Shown here in pieces: positions 13,871 through 27,584 of a stretch of 64,000 nt of DNA. Position numbers and translations under genes: made by a program. The notes beneath the pieces were generated by a model. The model was not told the origin of the DNA and did no database searches. It was given only the letters and a program-made list of their open reading frames with translations. The stretch comes from Octopus sinensis (Eukaryota), in the NCBI RefSeq assembly GCF_006345805.1, contig NC_043006.1:65534001-65598000 (forward strand), given 5' to 3'. Every line of letters begins with the position of its first letter. Position 1 is the stretch's first letter.

Positions 13871-15025
13871 ATAATAATAATAATAATAAAATAATAATAA
13901 TAACACCATTTGAGCATGGCTGTTGCCAGTACTGCCTGACTGGCCCTCGTGCTGGTGGCATGTAAAAGCACCCACTACAGTCTTGGAGTGGTTGGTGTTA
14001 GCAAGGGCATCCAGCTGTAGAAACTCTGCCAGATCAGATTGGAGCCTGGTGCAGCCATCTAGTTTGCCAGTCCTCAGTCCAACCCATGCTAGCATGGAAA
14101 GCGGATGTTAAATGACAACAAAGAAGAAGGAGAAGAAGAAGAAGAAGAATGTTAATAATAATTATTAAAATTATAAAAAGGCAGTGAGCTGGGAGAGGCA
14201 TTAGCACAATGGACAAAATGCTGCTAAAAATTTTGTCCATACATTATGAGTTCATATTCTACTGCGGTCAACTTTATCTGTCATCTTTATAAGATCAATA
14301 ACATACTATTCGAGTAGTGGGGTTGCTGTAATTGACTAACCTCTTCAGGCTTTGTACCTATGACAGAAGTGACTGTTGTTGTTTTTATCTTGTCTTTTTC
14401 TGCTGTTACTTTTTGTCTTTGGGCTCTTGTTGCCAATAAAGAAAAGATCATCATCATTACCATCATCATTATTCACAGTAGTATTTAAATTTTATTTTGA
14501 ATGATTAACTGCTGTTTGTTGACAATGTATTTATTGTATGACTGCTTTCTTTTAACTTAGCTTAATTAAAAATCATTCCAATTTAGACCGTTGCTCTTAA
14601 AGAGCCTTTAGCCATAAACTTTGTCTCTTTTTCTGTTATTGTCTGATGGAAAACTAGTGTTAAGTGGCTTTATTTATTCTGAAATTATACTTTCTCAAAA
14701 TCAAATACACTTCTGATTGGTTTCCAAATTGATTCTTCAAATTATATCATATTGAAATTTTTAACCCATTTGATATTGTGCAAATAATAAATCCTACCAA
14801 AACAACATGGGAAATGAATTTCACATTGTTTTATTGCATAATAAATGCAGTGTGGGAAAATATTTTCTATCCTTGCTAACACTACGTTGGCTGTACTGTG
14901 ACATGTCTAAGCAGTAAGATAAGATACGATTATTGTGAATATGACAGGCTTCAATTGCAGCTTCTGGAAACAGAAGGGAACACAATATTCCACAAGGATG
15001 GTTGAAGGAGAGAGAGAGAAAGAGG

Positions 15026-15076
<51 letters not shown>

Positions 15077-15176
15077 GAGAGAGAGAGTGTGTGTGTGTGT
15101 GCGTTTGTGTGTGTGTATCCATGCCAGCATGAAAAGTAAATGTTAAATGATGATGATGATAGTGTGTGTGTATGTG

Positions 15177-15239
<63 letters not shown>

Positions 15240-15789
15240 TATATATAAATATTCATCATCATCGTTTAATGTCCGCTTTCCATGCTAGCATGGGTTGGAC
15301 GATTTGACTGAGGTCTGGCAAACCAGATGGCTGCACCAATCTGATCTGGCAGAGTTTCTACAGCTCGATGCCCGTCCTAATGCTAACCACTCCGAGAGTA
15401 GGTGGTACTGGCAATGGCCATGCTCAAATGGTGTTTTTTTTACGTGCTACCTGCATAGGAGCCAGTCCAGTGGCACTGGCAACGATATATGCATGCATAT
15501 ATATTTATATATTTGTGCACATGTCTAATGTGACTAGCAGCAAATATTTTTTTGTTTGTTTGTTGTTGTTGGATGTAGAGAAAGGGGTACAGCTCATGGC
15601 TTTTAGCAGTCCTCTCTGAGATTGCTGAGATTGATGCTGTTAAATTCTTCCGAGGTCAACTTTGCCGTTTATTTTTCTGAGTCGATAGAATAAGTATCAG
15701 TTGAACACTAGGATTGATCTAATCAACTTACCCTCTCCTCCTTGGAAATTGCTGGCCTTGTGCCAAAATTTGAAATCAATATTTCTGTT

Positions 15790-16072
15790 GAACCATTGCA
15801 AGTGACTTCTAGCTGGAAAGACATGAGCACACTGTGATGTGGGGGTAGAATGTTGGCGGGGATAGAGTTCCAGAGACCTGATGTTCTGGGAAAGAAGGAC
15901 TGTTGATGGAATTGTGAATAACAAGGGTGATGAGAAGAGAAGACTAAACTGGGATGGCCTCCACAGAGGTGGCACATGCTCAATCAGATCCAAAGAACAG
16001 AGGTCATTATCGTAGCAGTAGAAAAGGCAAAGAGAGGAGGTAAAATATCTGTAGTCCAGAGGTTTCAGCATG
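15790..16072 (-). mobile_element. CR1/L2-group LINE, 3' end of ORF2
   Basis: LKPLDYR..SSLCLFYCY...CSLDL..HVPPL and SFFPRTSGLWNSIPANILP..SFQLEV match the typical C-terminus (SF.PRT..LWNSLP..VFP..Y.L..FK). Confidence 0.7.
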
Positions 16073-16087
16073 TCTTGTGTGTGTGTT

Positions 16088-16167
<80 letters not shown>

Positions 16168-16942
16168 CGCGTGTGTGTGTGTGTCTCTATCCATCTGTCC
16201 ATCCATGCATGTATGTATGTATGTATGTATGTTGGTCCTCATAGAGGCAATGACCAAGACCTTTGGTATTATGTCATGCTTGAGAATAAGACCCATCAAG
16301 CCATGCAAAATCACTGGTGTCACACATAGAAGCACCCATTACACTCTCAGAGTGGTTAACATTAGGAAGGGCATCTAGCTGTAGAAAACCATGCCAAATC
16401 AGACTGGAGTCTGGTGCAGCCTTCCAGCTTGCCAGCCCAGTTAAACTGTCCAGCCCATGCCAGCATGGACGACGGGCATTAAATGATGATGTTGATGAAA
16501 AAGCAAATGTGATCATTTTCAGATTACTCAAAATTTTCGAAGACAACTAGGTTCAGATTTTAGTATGACTGGCAGACTACGCAGAATTTGTCAAGATGTG
16601 GGGAGAAGAGATAGAGAGAGAGAGAGAGAGAGAGACACACACACACACGCACGTGCGTGCATCCATTTGCTCATACACACATAAACATGCACACATGAGC
16701 TTTTAAACAGTTCCATCTCTTAAACTTAGTCCAAAGGCATTTTTCAGCCTGGGGCCATAGTAAAAGACACTTGCCCAAGGTACTGCGAAGTGCGACTGAA
16801 CTCAAAGCCATTTGATTGCAAGGAAAGCTTCTTAACCACATAGCCATGCTTGCACCTTCAGTATAGCAACCACACTGTCCCATCTGTGGGGGTCTGTGAT
16901 GTTTGCAGGTGTAGCCAAAGTTCTGTTACTGATATATCACCT

Positions 16943-17324
16943 GTAACGTGGCACTCCATCGGTTACAACAAGGGTTCCAGTTGATCCAATCAGCAGAATA
17001 GCCTGCTTGTGAAATTAACGTGCAAGTGGCTGAGCACTCCACAGACATGTGTACCCTTAATGTAGTTCTCAGGGAGATTCAGCGTGACACAGTGTGTGAC
17101 AAGGCTGGCCCTTTGAAATACAGGTACAACAGAAACAGGAAGTAAGAGTGAGAGAAAGTTGTGGTGAAAGAGCACAGCAGAGTTCGCCACCCCCACCTGC
17201 TGGAACCTCGTGGAGCTTTAGGTGACTTTGCTCAATAAACACTCAACGCTCGGTCTGGGAGTTGAAACCGCGATTCTATGACCACGAGTCCGCTGCACTA
17301 ACCACTGGGCCATTGCACCTCCAC
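16943..17324 (-). mobile_element. SINE family C, young full-length copy
   Basis: tRNA-like head with A-box TGGCCCAGTGG and B-box-like GGTTTCAACTCC; 9-bp TSD ATATCACCT at 16934-16942 and 17325-17333; CpGs retained. Confidence 0.85.
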
Positions 17325-17739
17325 ATATCACCTATGATGCTTGTATGTTTAGAAGTGTGGAATTATTGTCCCTGATGTGTGTGTGTGTTTGAGGATGGGT
17401 GGTAGGGAGGAGATGGAAGTTGTGTAGAAACAGCACAGTCTCTAATGTAGGAGCCGGATCCTAATGCGTGTTCCATTTGAGTTTTATTTTAAGATCAGCA
17501 CCTAATCACACTGTTGAAGTATTTTCTGGACTTGAAGGGTAACCTGAGTTCTGTGATGTGGTTTTACTTTGTCACCAATGTATGGTTGCCATGAAACACA
17601 CTGATATTTACACTCACTCACTCATTCACTCTCACTCACTCATTCACTTTTCACTCACACTGTATTTACATAATGACACTTTCATTCCATGTTTTACCTC
17701 TTGTACACTCGAGTCCCTCTTTTTATTTTATAGTCTCCC

Positions 17740-17845
17740 ATGCACACACACACACACACACACACATGCTTTTTCTGTTTCTCTCTCTCCTCACTCTCTC
17801 TCTCTTTCAGATATATGCACTCTCTCCTTTCTTTTTCTGTCTGTC

Positions 17846-17892
<47 letters not shown>

Positions 17893-18305
17893 TTCTTCAC
17901 TCTCTTTCAAGCATGCACTCCTTCTCTTTGCCCCCCCCTCTCTCTCACACATACTCTCTCTCTCACACACACACACATACACATACTCTCTCACATACAC
18001 CGTCTCTCTCTCTCTCACACACACACTCTCACACATGCACACTCTCTCTCACACATGCACACTCTCTCTCACACACGCACACTCTCTCTCACACGCACAC
18101 AATCTCTCTCTCACACACACACTCTCTCTCACACACACAATCTCTCACACACACACACTGTCTCACATACACTCTCTCTCTTTCACTCACATACACTCTC
18201 TCTCTTTCACTCACACACACACACACTCTCTCTCTCTCTCATTTTCATCACCCTTCTCTCTTTCTGATAAACACTCTCCACCACCTCTTTCTCTCTCTCT
18301 CTCTG
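17740..18305. repeat. Compound (CT)n/(CA)n microsatellite
   Basis: Alternating CTCT and ACAC tracts; source of several spurious ORFs. Confidence 0.9.
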
Positions 18306-19459
18306 TCACTGCCCTCCCGCACTATAAAGCCAAAAATTTCATTGGAACTAAAAAAAAGCAACAACTTTGCTATTTATAACAAAAGAAAAACAACACAAAA
18401 CAAACAATAAACAAAAAAGAAAAGACATCTTTGCTTGAAACAGATTCCTGATTTTCTTTCTGTTTTTCCTTTTTTTTTTTGTTGCTGTCAATCCAATCAA
18501 TTTTAATGGTAAATCGAATCAAAGAATTCCAAAGATAGATAGTTCAATACTTTATATAAGCCGCTTCAAGTGTACAGCAAAATCTGTCATAAAGGTTTGG
18601 CTTGGTTAGTTTAGGTGTGTGTTTTTTTTTTGTTATCTTTCTGTTTATTTTCCCCCCTGTCTCCTCCCCCCACGCACCATATCTCCTGTTGTGTTACCAA
18701 ACACTGACAAACCTACTTTATATTATAGTTAAGACCCCCCCCCCCGCATATCCCCTCCCCTTCTCTATCATAAATATTTTCACCAATACCAAGAGTGGGA
18801 TAATATTGCCCTTTTCTGTATTGAATAGTAACTGTAAGGAGGTGTGGGTATGTGAATATCGGAAATATCCGAATAAATTTTTTTCGATAAGATTATGGAG
18901 TAAAGAAGAGGCTTACGTTACGTGTATTTTGTTCCGTGTTTTTTTTGTTTTTGTTTTTGAATCACTTTTATCGTTTGTTTTTATTTGTATTTATCTGTCG
19001 ATCTTTTAATTTGGTCATTTTTATTTTATTGTTCCCCCCGGTGTTGGTATTGTTTTGTGAATTTTTATTTATTTTTTTTTATTTTTCATATTAGATATGC
19101 AATAAAGGAGAAAACAAAAACATCACCCTTTAGAGGGAAAGAGAGAAAAGAGGGGGGGGGGAGAAGGGTGGGGGTGGGGAGAGCCTTGTTGTGACAATAG
19201 CTGTGTGACTGCTACTGTTATGAGGAAGGTGTGTTTCAGCTATCAACCTGTGTCTTGCCTTGCACATCTCTCAACTTTTGGATGTCTTTGATGGCAAGTG
19301 AGAATTCATTGCAAGCTGTATGTTAAACACACGCACACATACACACACTTAATAACGATTGGCTTATTGAATTGGCAAAACTGCCTGACTGGTTATTGTT
19401 GCAGTAGAGCCCTGGGCCAACCTTGATTGATCAAAGATGTTCCTTGATCATTATCACTC

Positions 19460-19500
<41 letters not shown>

Positions 19501-19697
19501 TACTGATATGGCTGTGTGGTTATAAACTCGGTTTCCAAGTAAATGGTTTGGGATTCAGTCCTACTGTGGGGCACTTTGGGCAAATGTCTTCTAATATAGC
19601 CCTGGGCCAACCAGGGCTATATTGAATTACATTGATAGAAACTGCATGGGAATCCATTCTTAGGTCCAACTTTTCTGTCAGGGCACTTATGTGTGTG

Positions 19698-19731
<34 letters not shown>

Positions 19732-19757
19732 GTGTGTGTGTGTATATATATATATAT

Positions 19758-19789
<32 letters not shown>

Positions 19790-20355
19790 TTAACGTCCGC
19801 TTTCCATGCTGGCATGGATTGGACGGTTCAACTGGGGTCTGGGAAGCCAGAAGGCTGCACTAGGCCCAGTCTGATCTGGCAGTGTTTCTACAGTTGGATG
19901 CCCTTCCTAATGCCAACCACTCCGTGAGTGTAGTGGTTGCGTTTTACGTGCCACCGGCACTGGCAGACGGCCACGATCGGATGGTGCTTTTTACATGCCA
20001 CTGGTACTGGGACCAGACGAAGCTGGCAGTGGCCACGGTTGGATGGTGCTTTTTACGTGCCACCGGCACGGAGGCCAGTCGGGTGGCACTGGCTACGGCC
20101 ATTTTCGGATGGTTCTCTTACGTGCCACCGGCACTGGTATCACAGCTACAAATTCCATTGATGTTGATAGATTACGATTTTGATTTTGATCTTCACTTGC
20201 CTCAACAGGTCTTCACAAGTGGAGTTGTGTGTCCCAAGAAGGAAAGGAATGCATAAGCGGGCTGGCTACATCCCAGGTGTAGGCCACGGGATTATGGCCT
20301 CACTTGTCCTGCCGGGTCTTCTCACACACAGCATGTTTCCATAGGTCTCGGTCTA
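19758..20355 (-). mobile_element. RTE LINE 3' end: last ORF codons, 3' UTR with internal repeats, (GAT)n tail
   Basis: Minus strand reads ..RDLWKHAVCEKTRQDK*, then a UTR with four GGTGGCAC(G)TAAAA-anchored units, ending in a (GAT)n tail. Confidence 0.7.
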
Positions 20356-20758
20356 TGGGACAAGAACGCAAAACATCCAGACAGATGATACAAAAAAAAA
20401 ACAAGGATGGGTCATTCGGAGGTTTCTATCCTCAACCGAGTTCCAGATTATCTTTGCAATTTCGGCTAGTTATGCTTGAGATTGCTCCTTTTTGGCCAGC
20501 CCCAAGGAAAAACTAAGCTAAGAGCATTAGATTCCTTGGAAGAAAGCAGCGAATGTATACAAAAACAAGGACAGAAAAAAACAGAGAAACGTTATGCAAA
20601 TACATATGCAATTAACAGAACATAACAACAGGTGTCTTTTGACTAAGGACCAATTAAATTAAGCTGGCGTATGTGGGGACATAAGCAGGGACATAAGATT
20701 TAACAGGCATAGGAAGGCATATAGATGTTGCACAGATGGTAGTCGAACCAATATATAC

Positions 20759-20862
<104 letters not shown>

Positions 20863-21052
20863 ATGTGTGACTTTGTGTATACATGTACACATACACACAC
20901 AACAGGCCTCTTTCAGTTTCTGTCTACTAAATCCACTCACAAGGCTTTGGTCAGTCTGAGGCTATAGTAGAATACACATGCCAAAGGTGCCATGCCAGGA
21001 GACTGAACTCATGACCATGTGGTTGGAAAGCAAGCTTCTTACCACATGGCCA

Positions 21053-21095
<43 letters not shown>

Positions 21096-21469
21096 GACTG
21101 CATTGTCAAATGTATGTCACTCTTTATTTAAGACGTTAGGGTGTGATTTGGGGGAACCTGTAAAGGTTACTTTTCTCTAAGTAGAGAGAAAGCGACAGAC
21201 AAACAGACAGATGGTGTTGGTCATGAAACAGCTGATCTGAGCATGTTTGTTTCGTCTCAAATATATTTTAACTATGAGACTGTGGTTGCTAAGCAACTGA
21301 AATAACTTGGTAACATTCCTACAATAACATCACTTTGATATGACTACGTCAGTATGTGTATGGACACACAGACTCACATACATACACATTAACTTATATT
21401 GCATTGTGTGTGTAATGCATAATAGTGTATGAACAGATTGTATGTAGGTGTGTGTGAATATGCACACAA

Positions 21470-21890
21470 ACATGGCTGCGTTGTTAAGATTTTGGGTTCA
21501 GTGCCTGTGCACAATACCCAGTGTCTTCTACTGTAGCCCCAGGTCAATCAATGCCTTGTAAGTCAATTGAGTAGATAAAAGCTATGTGGAAGGGTATCGT
21601 ATGTATGTATATGTTATATGTGGTTGTGTGGTAAGAAGCTTGCTTCCCAACCAAATGGTTCCAGGTACAGTTCCACTGCGTGGCATCCTGGGCAAGTGTC
21701 TTCTACTATAGCCCCAGGCCAATCAGTGCCTTGTCAATTGAGTAGATAAGACCTGTGTGGAAGGGCATCGTGTGTGTGTGTGTGTGTGCTTAATATGTGG
21801 CTGTGTGGTAAGAAGCTTGCTTCCCAACCACATGGTTCCAGATTCAGTCCTGCTATGTGGCACCTTGTGTAAGTTTCTTCTATTATAACC
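21470..21890 (+). repeat. Head-to-tail trimer of family A SINE heads
   Basis: Three successive heads; the first two share the private variant CAATTGAGTAGATAA..GTGGAAGGG.ATCGT. Confidence 0.7.
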
Positions 21891-23624
21891 CATTTAGTGT
21901 CCATATTCCATGCGGCTATGGATTGGATAGTTTGACAGGATCTGGCAGGTCAGAGAACTGTGTCAAGCTCCAACGTCTGTTTTTAGCATGGTTTCTACAG
22001 ATAGATGCCCTTCCTAATGCCAACCACTTTACAGAGTGTACTAGACACTAATGATGTCACCAAGACAAAACCCCTTGACTAGCTGTATAATACTGGGCTG
22101 GAGGCATCTCTCCCTATGTTTATCTCTACTTAAATGGGTTTGGGGCAGTTGTTTCTTACACCTAGTTGCCCTCTGCATCACTAATTATCCAACTATGAAA
22201 TGAGTGGGTCACATAATCCCTTCTGAGGTTGGTTGAAGCCTTAGAAAACCCCTCAGGATTTCTAGACTATCCTACATCCTGATCTTAGGTGCTTTAAGAA
22301 AGCATTTGAACTAGATCTTTGGTCTGAACATAACTTATTCTCTTCCTCCTATCGCTCTTGTAGGCCCTGAAATTGATCCTGGACACTATCCTTCTTTCTC
22401 TGACTAAACTATGAATAAAAAAGAAAATAAATATGCTTTTTACCTTCTGATTTCACTTAAACTTTTTGATACCCTCCTAAAACTGCCCCTGGTTCTATGA
22501 TGTAAATTAAAACCTTCCATTGAAACTTGCTAATTCATGTTCCAGTCACCAGCTATTTTACTAAATTCTACCTTATTTTCAGTATTAAGTGAAACAAAAA
22601 ACGTGTATTTCATCAGAAATATTCCAACGAAAAGGTCAAGTGAATGTGGAAGCTTACTTTTGTTCTGTGTGTGTGGGAAAAATAATTTGCTTTTGATATT
22701 CAGAGATCGTTTTTGGCATCAGCAGTGGTGTCATTTTATGTCCATATTCCACGCTGGTGTGGGTTTTAACAGGATCTGATTGGTCCAAGGACCACAACAT
22801 GCTCCAGTGTCTGCTTTGGCCTGATTACTATAGCTGAATGCTCTTCCTTATGCCAACCACTTTACAACATTAACTGGGTGCTTAAGACCTTAGCATCCTA
22901 TACTTGTTGGTTTGAATTTCAGCTCTTTTTGTAAATCATTAATCTTGGCCATTGTATTCGTTCTTGCATTCTACGAAATCCCACTTCACAAGGCCTTCAT
23001 CACTCCACCATACAAAGATTTATTTATTCAGTAAAAAAAAAACAAAATGAAAAACCATTGAATCCTCCATTACCATCACTTCTACAAGATAGTTCCAAAT
23101 AATACAAATACTTTTCACCTGAGTGAAATTATGCATTTTCATCCATCTGGAAGTACAAAAGCGCTAAATTGGAAAAATCAGGAATAAAGGAAGACAGATG
23201 ACATTAGTTTGGGTTGGGGAAGGATAGCAGAAATAAACTTCAATTATTTTAGTAAAAGACATTATTTATTTATAAAAATTTAGGTGAGGAGTTTCAGAAA
23301 GTTGGTCTGAGATTAAATTAAGGTGTGCATCATTATATATTTCATTTAGCAACATTTCAGATATATTTTTGATGGAATATCTCTGGGGTTGGTTCTGTCC
23401 TTCAAATACTTCCTTCTAGAGTTTTAAAACCTTCTCTTTGTAATTTCAATATTGTGCACACTGCTCTGCAGATAATGCTCCTACGCTTTATTCTTCAAAT
23501 GACTTTTCTTGACGCTGGCATCATACATCCACAACAAATGTGCTACCGTTTATGATTTAGTCAAGGGGAAGATGCAGTGCCCTTCATCTTCACAGGTTCT
23601 GTGAAACTGGTGAAATTCATATGG

Positions 23625-24035
23625 TTGATGGCTGTGTGGTAAGTAGCTTGCTTACCAACCACATGGTTACAGGATCAGTCCCATTGCATGGCACCTTGGG
23701 CAAGTGTCTTCTACTATAGCCTTGGGCCGACCGAAGCCTTGTGAGTGGATTTGGTAGACAGAAACTGAAAGAAGCCCGTTGTATATATGTATGTATATGT
23801 ATAAATGTATGTGTGTGTATATGTTTGTATGTGTGTGTTTGTCCTCCCCAACATCCCTTGACAACCAATGCTTGTGTGTTTACATCCCCGTAACTTTGCG
23901 GTTTGGCAAAAAGAGACCGATAGGGTAAGTACTAGGCTTACAAAAGAATAAGTCCTGGGTCGATTTGCTTGATGAAAGGCGTTGCTCCAGCATGGCCGCA
24001 GTCAAATAACTGAAACAAGTAAAAGAATAAAAAGA
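23625..24035 (+). mobile_element. SINE family A, full length
   Basis: Head, CORE-like segment, (TA/TG) linker and tail ending AAGTAAAAGAATAAAAAG. Confidence 0.85.
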
Positions 24036-24845
24036 ATCTATAAGTTGACATCTGTAGGAGAAATATGGACAGATAGAGAATTCCAGAATACTGGCATTCT
24101 CTGGAGAAAAATCAAGAGAAGGAATGGTTGGTGTAGGGTCTAAATGGTGAAAAACAGTGTTAGAGAAGGGCCATGCTATGTAAAGACCTTGTTTAGAGGT
24201 GCAAAAAGCAGAGACTGCAGTACGTCTTTAGGTCAGAGGTCATAGTATGTTCTTAGTCAATCAGATGCAAGGCATTGCTTTTGAGGGCATTTTTCTAGGG
24301 TAATCTATACCAAATATATTGTTAAAAACCAACCTGTTGTTATCATTTAGCCCCTTGTTAGCCATCACTGGGCAGGCATAAGAAGCATGTCCATTTTGTC
24401 TCTTTTCCTCCTTCCAAGTAGTGTGATCTGAGACCACATTATCCAAGGTATTCTTCCTCTTTTTAAGAGCGTAATGTTTGAGTTGAGGGAGATTTTGCTG
24501 CTATTTCTGAATATGATGCTGGTCTGCCACAGAGTTCACCTCCCAGCCACTACTGGAACTTGTTTTACACCTGAGTGGACTGGAACAGGAAATGAAGTGC
24601 TTTTACTCAAGAACACAATGCACTGCCTGGTCCAGGAATTGAAACAACAATCTTGCAATCATGAGTGCAACACTTTATCTGCTAGACCACATGCTTTCAC
24701 CACTCCCACATAAATAGATTGGATGTTGGCTTTCACAGTGGTTTTAAAAAGTTACTGTTATAGTTGTTTGTTCAGTAGAATTCACTGTAGTGTAAATGAT
24801 CAAGTATTCCACAAACACTTGTACTATAAACCTAATCCCTTAACA

Positions 24846-25034
24846 CAGGGGTGCTCACACCCCTTGGGAATGCAAGATAGCATTCCAATGGGTGCGAGCT
24901 GAGCTGCATTTATAGGGGATCAAAGAGGGCAGTTGCTTTGGGCACCTTTATTCTTATATACATTATTACTTTAAGGGGTGCGAGAACATATTAAAAGTTT
25001 GGTGGGTGGCATAAAAAGAGGTTGGGAACCACTG
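24846..25034. mobile_element. Degenerate hAT-type MITE
   Basis: Right end GGTTGGGAACCACTG, left end CAGGGGTGCTCACAC (10/15 match); no clear TSD. Confidence 0.4.
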
Positions 25035-25247
25035 CAACAGAATCATTATAACACTGTGTATGTCAAAACCAAGGCCACCCCTTAGAATAAAAGCCACAAT
25101 CCATTCAAGACACCTTCCTCGTGGTCCCCATCTTAGCCAATTTAATTTGCAGAGCATGGGTTGTAGTTAGAGACCTTTGCTTAAACCTTTGGATACCAAC
25201 TATCTTGAGACTGCTCTTGGTTCTTTGATACAAACTTACTGTTTTAA

Positions 25248-25452
25248 CCCTTTAGCATTTAACCCAGCCATATCTGGCCAAATGTTCTACATGTTTAATG
25301 TTCAAACTGGCCTGGTCCATCATCTCACACCTACCCTACAATGTCATTTTGAACATCGAAATCTCAAGGCTACAAAATAATGCAGGATAAATTCTAAATG
25401 ATGTGAATAAACACACATTGTTGCTGCTTCAATAATCTTGACACTAAAAGAA
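25248..25452. mobile_element. piggyBac-type MITE
   Basis: TTAA|CCCTTTAG ... CTAAAAGAA|TTAA; TTAA on both sides, right terminus mutated. Confidence 0.6.
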
Positions 25453-25564
25453 TTAAAGTGATCTAAATTAAAATTTCATGTTAATTTATGTTTCAAATAC
25501 CAAGTTAATTACGACTAAGTTATTTTACTATGAATTCATTTGTTTCAAAATTATTAAAAACAAA

Positions 25565-25920
25565 AGCAGGAGTGGCTGTGTGGTAAAATGCTTGCTTACC
25601 AACCACATGGTTCCATGTTCAGTCCCACTATGTGGCATCTTGGGAAAGTGTCTTCTACTATAGCTCTGGGCCAACCAAAGCCTTATGGGTAGATTTGGTA
25701 GAGGAAAACTGAAAGAAGCCCATCATGTGTGTGTGTGTGTGTGTGTGTGTTTGTTCTCCCACCATCGCTTGACAACTGATGCTGGTGTGTTTACATCCCC
25801 GTAACTTAGAATAAGTACTGGGCTTACAGAATGAATCCCGAGGTCAATTTGTTGGACTAAAGGAAGTGCCCCAGCATGGCTGCAGTCAAATGCCTGAAAC
25901 AAATAAAAGAGTAAAGATGA
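25565..25920 (+). mobile_element. SINE family A, full length
   Basis: Same head, linker and tail as the other copies. Confidence 0.85.
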
Positions 25921-26581
25921 AAAGAATATTTCAGCAGAAACATGGTAAGAATAGCATTAAAGAACCATTCCGTTGGATTGGATCAGGTCAGATCTGGGAC
26001 TTTGTGATTTCAAAGCCAATTCATTAACCATTTGGATTTGCCTATAGCCTCTCTCTTACTCTCTCACATGCATACACACACACACAAGTATTCACATACA
26101 TAGAGATACCCACACATACAGATGCACATTCATGCACATTAACAGACATTCGCACAGACACACACTTATACACACACACACATATTCACACATAGAGACG
26201 TTCACTGACGTAGACACAGCCTCATGCACATCAACAGACATTCTCTTGCAGACACACACACACACACATTGGTGTAGACATTCACACCCATAGATCCATG
26301 CTCGCATACATATGCACACTTGCAGACACATGTTCACACACACATGGACACCCACATAGAACTCGCATGCACACACACTATCTCTCTCTCTCTCTCCTTT
26401 CTCTCTCTCTCTCCCTTCTCCCTCTCTTTCTATCTATCTATCTCTCTTTCTATCTCGCTCAAATCTAGTGGAGTTCAAAAACAAACAAAACAGAATATTT
26501 TCTAAATCTAAAAATAGAAATGTTGGTTAATAGTAGTTTGCTAAATCTGTGTTGAATTCTGCTTAAACTGAATATATTTAC

Positions 26582-26712
26582 TTCATCATCATCATCATCA
26601 TTATCACCATCATCATCACCATCATCATCATCATCATCATCATTGTTTCCATCGACATCATCATCATTATCGGCATCATCATCATCATTGTCGTCATCGT
26701 TGTTGTTGTTAT
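26582..26712. repeat. (CAT)n-type trinucleotide repeat
   Basis: Imperfect CAT/CGT/TGT run; explains the Asp-rich ORF 26465-26722. Confidence 0.9.
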
Positions 26713-26865
26713 GAAACCTCACTGCCTTTGGATTTACAGTTTGGAAATTTAGTATGCTTTAGGAAGTAAGTAATTTGATGTACAATGCTGCCAAGACAAT
26801 CCCATTAAGTTGCATAATATATTTATTATCTGCTGCCGTGTTTAACATTCTGCTCAACAGTTACT

Positions 26866-26903
<38 letters not shown>

Positions 26904-27584
26904 TTTCATGATATATTGAACAAATTTCTTCCTTCTTTACCTATCTTTTATTTTCTTGCTTCTTTGATTGTTATTCTTCTAATTCTTTTTCCAATTCTGC
27001 TTCTATTTCCCCAATTCTTCCTCTCTCTCTCTCTCTTTATTTTTTTTTGCTTTTAGATCATTCTTTACTACTTATTCCCCTCTTTCCTGAAATTCATTAT
27101 ATTTTCCTGTCCTTCGTTCTTCTTCTTCCACTCATTCTCCCCTTCACTTCTTAACCATTTTTTCTTCTTCATCATCATCATCATCTCTAGATTTTTTTGA
27201 TTGGAATCAAATGTATTTCATTCCAACTCAAAAGCTACCAATTTACAATACTGTAGGAGACATTTGCTTAACTGAATATTTTCTAGTTAATCTTTCCTTC
27301 TGCGTCTTCTGCCAGATTTGAGGAGGAAAGAAAGAAGATTTGATCTGTAATGTGATTCTTTCATTCTGAATAATTAAAATATGGTTTATTCTGGTAGTTA
27401 GTGGCTGTGTGGTAAGAAGCTTGCTTTCCAACCACATGGCTCCAAGTTCAGTCCCACTGTGTGGCACCTTGAGCAAGTGTCTTCTACTATAGCCTTGGGC
27501 CAACTACAGCATTGTGAGTGGATTTGGTAGACAGAGACTGAAAGAAGCCTGTCATATATTCATATATATATATATAAACACACA

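Noticed and set aside
17255-17324. tRNA gene
   Set aside because: The tRNA-like head continues straight into SINE body and is flanked by a TSD; no acceptor stem or terminator.
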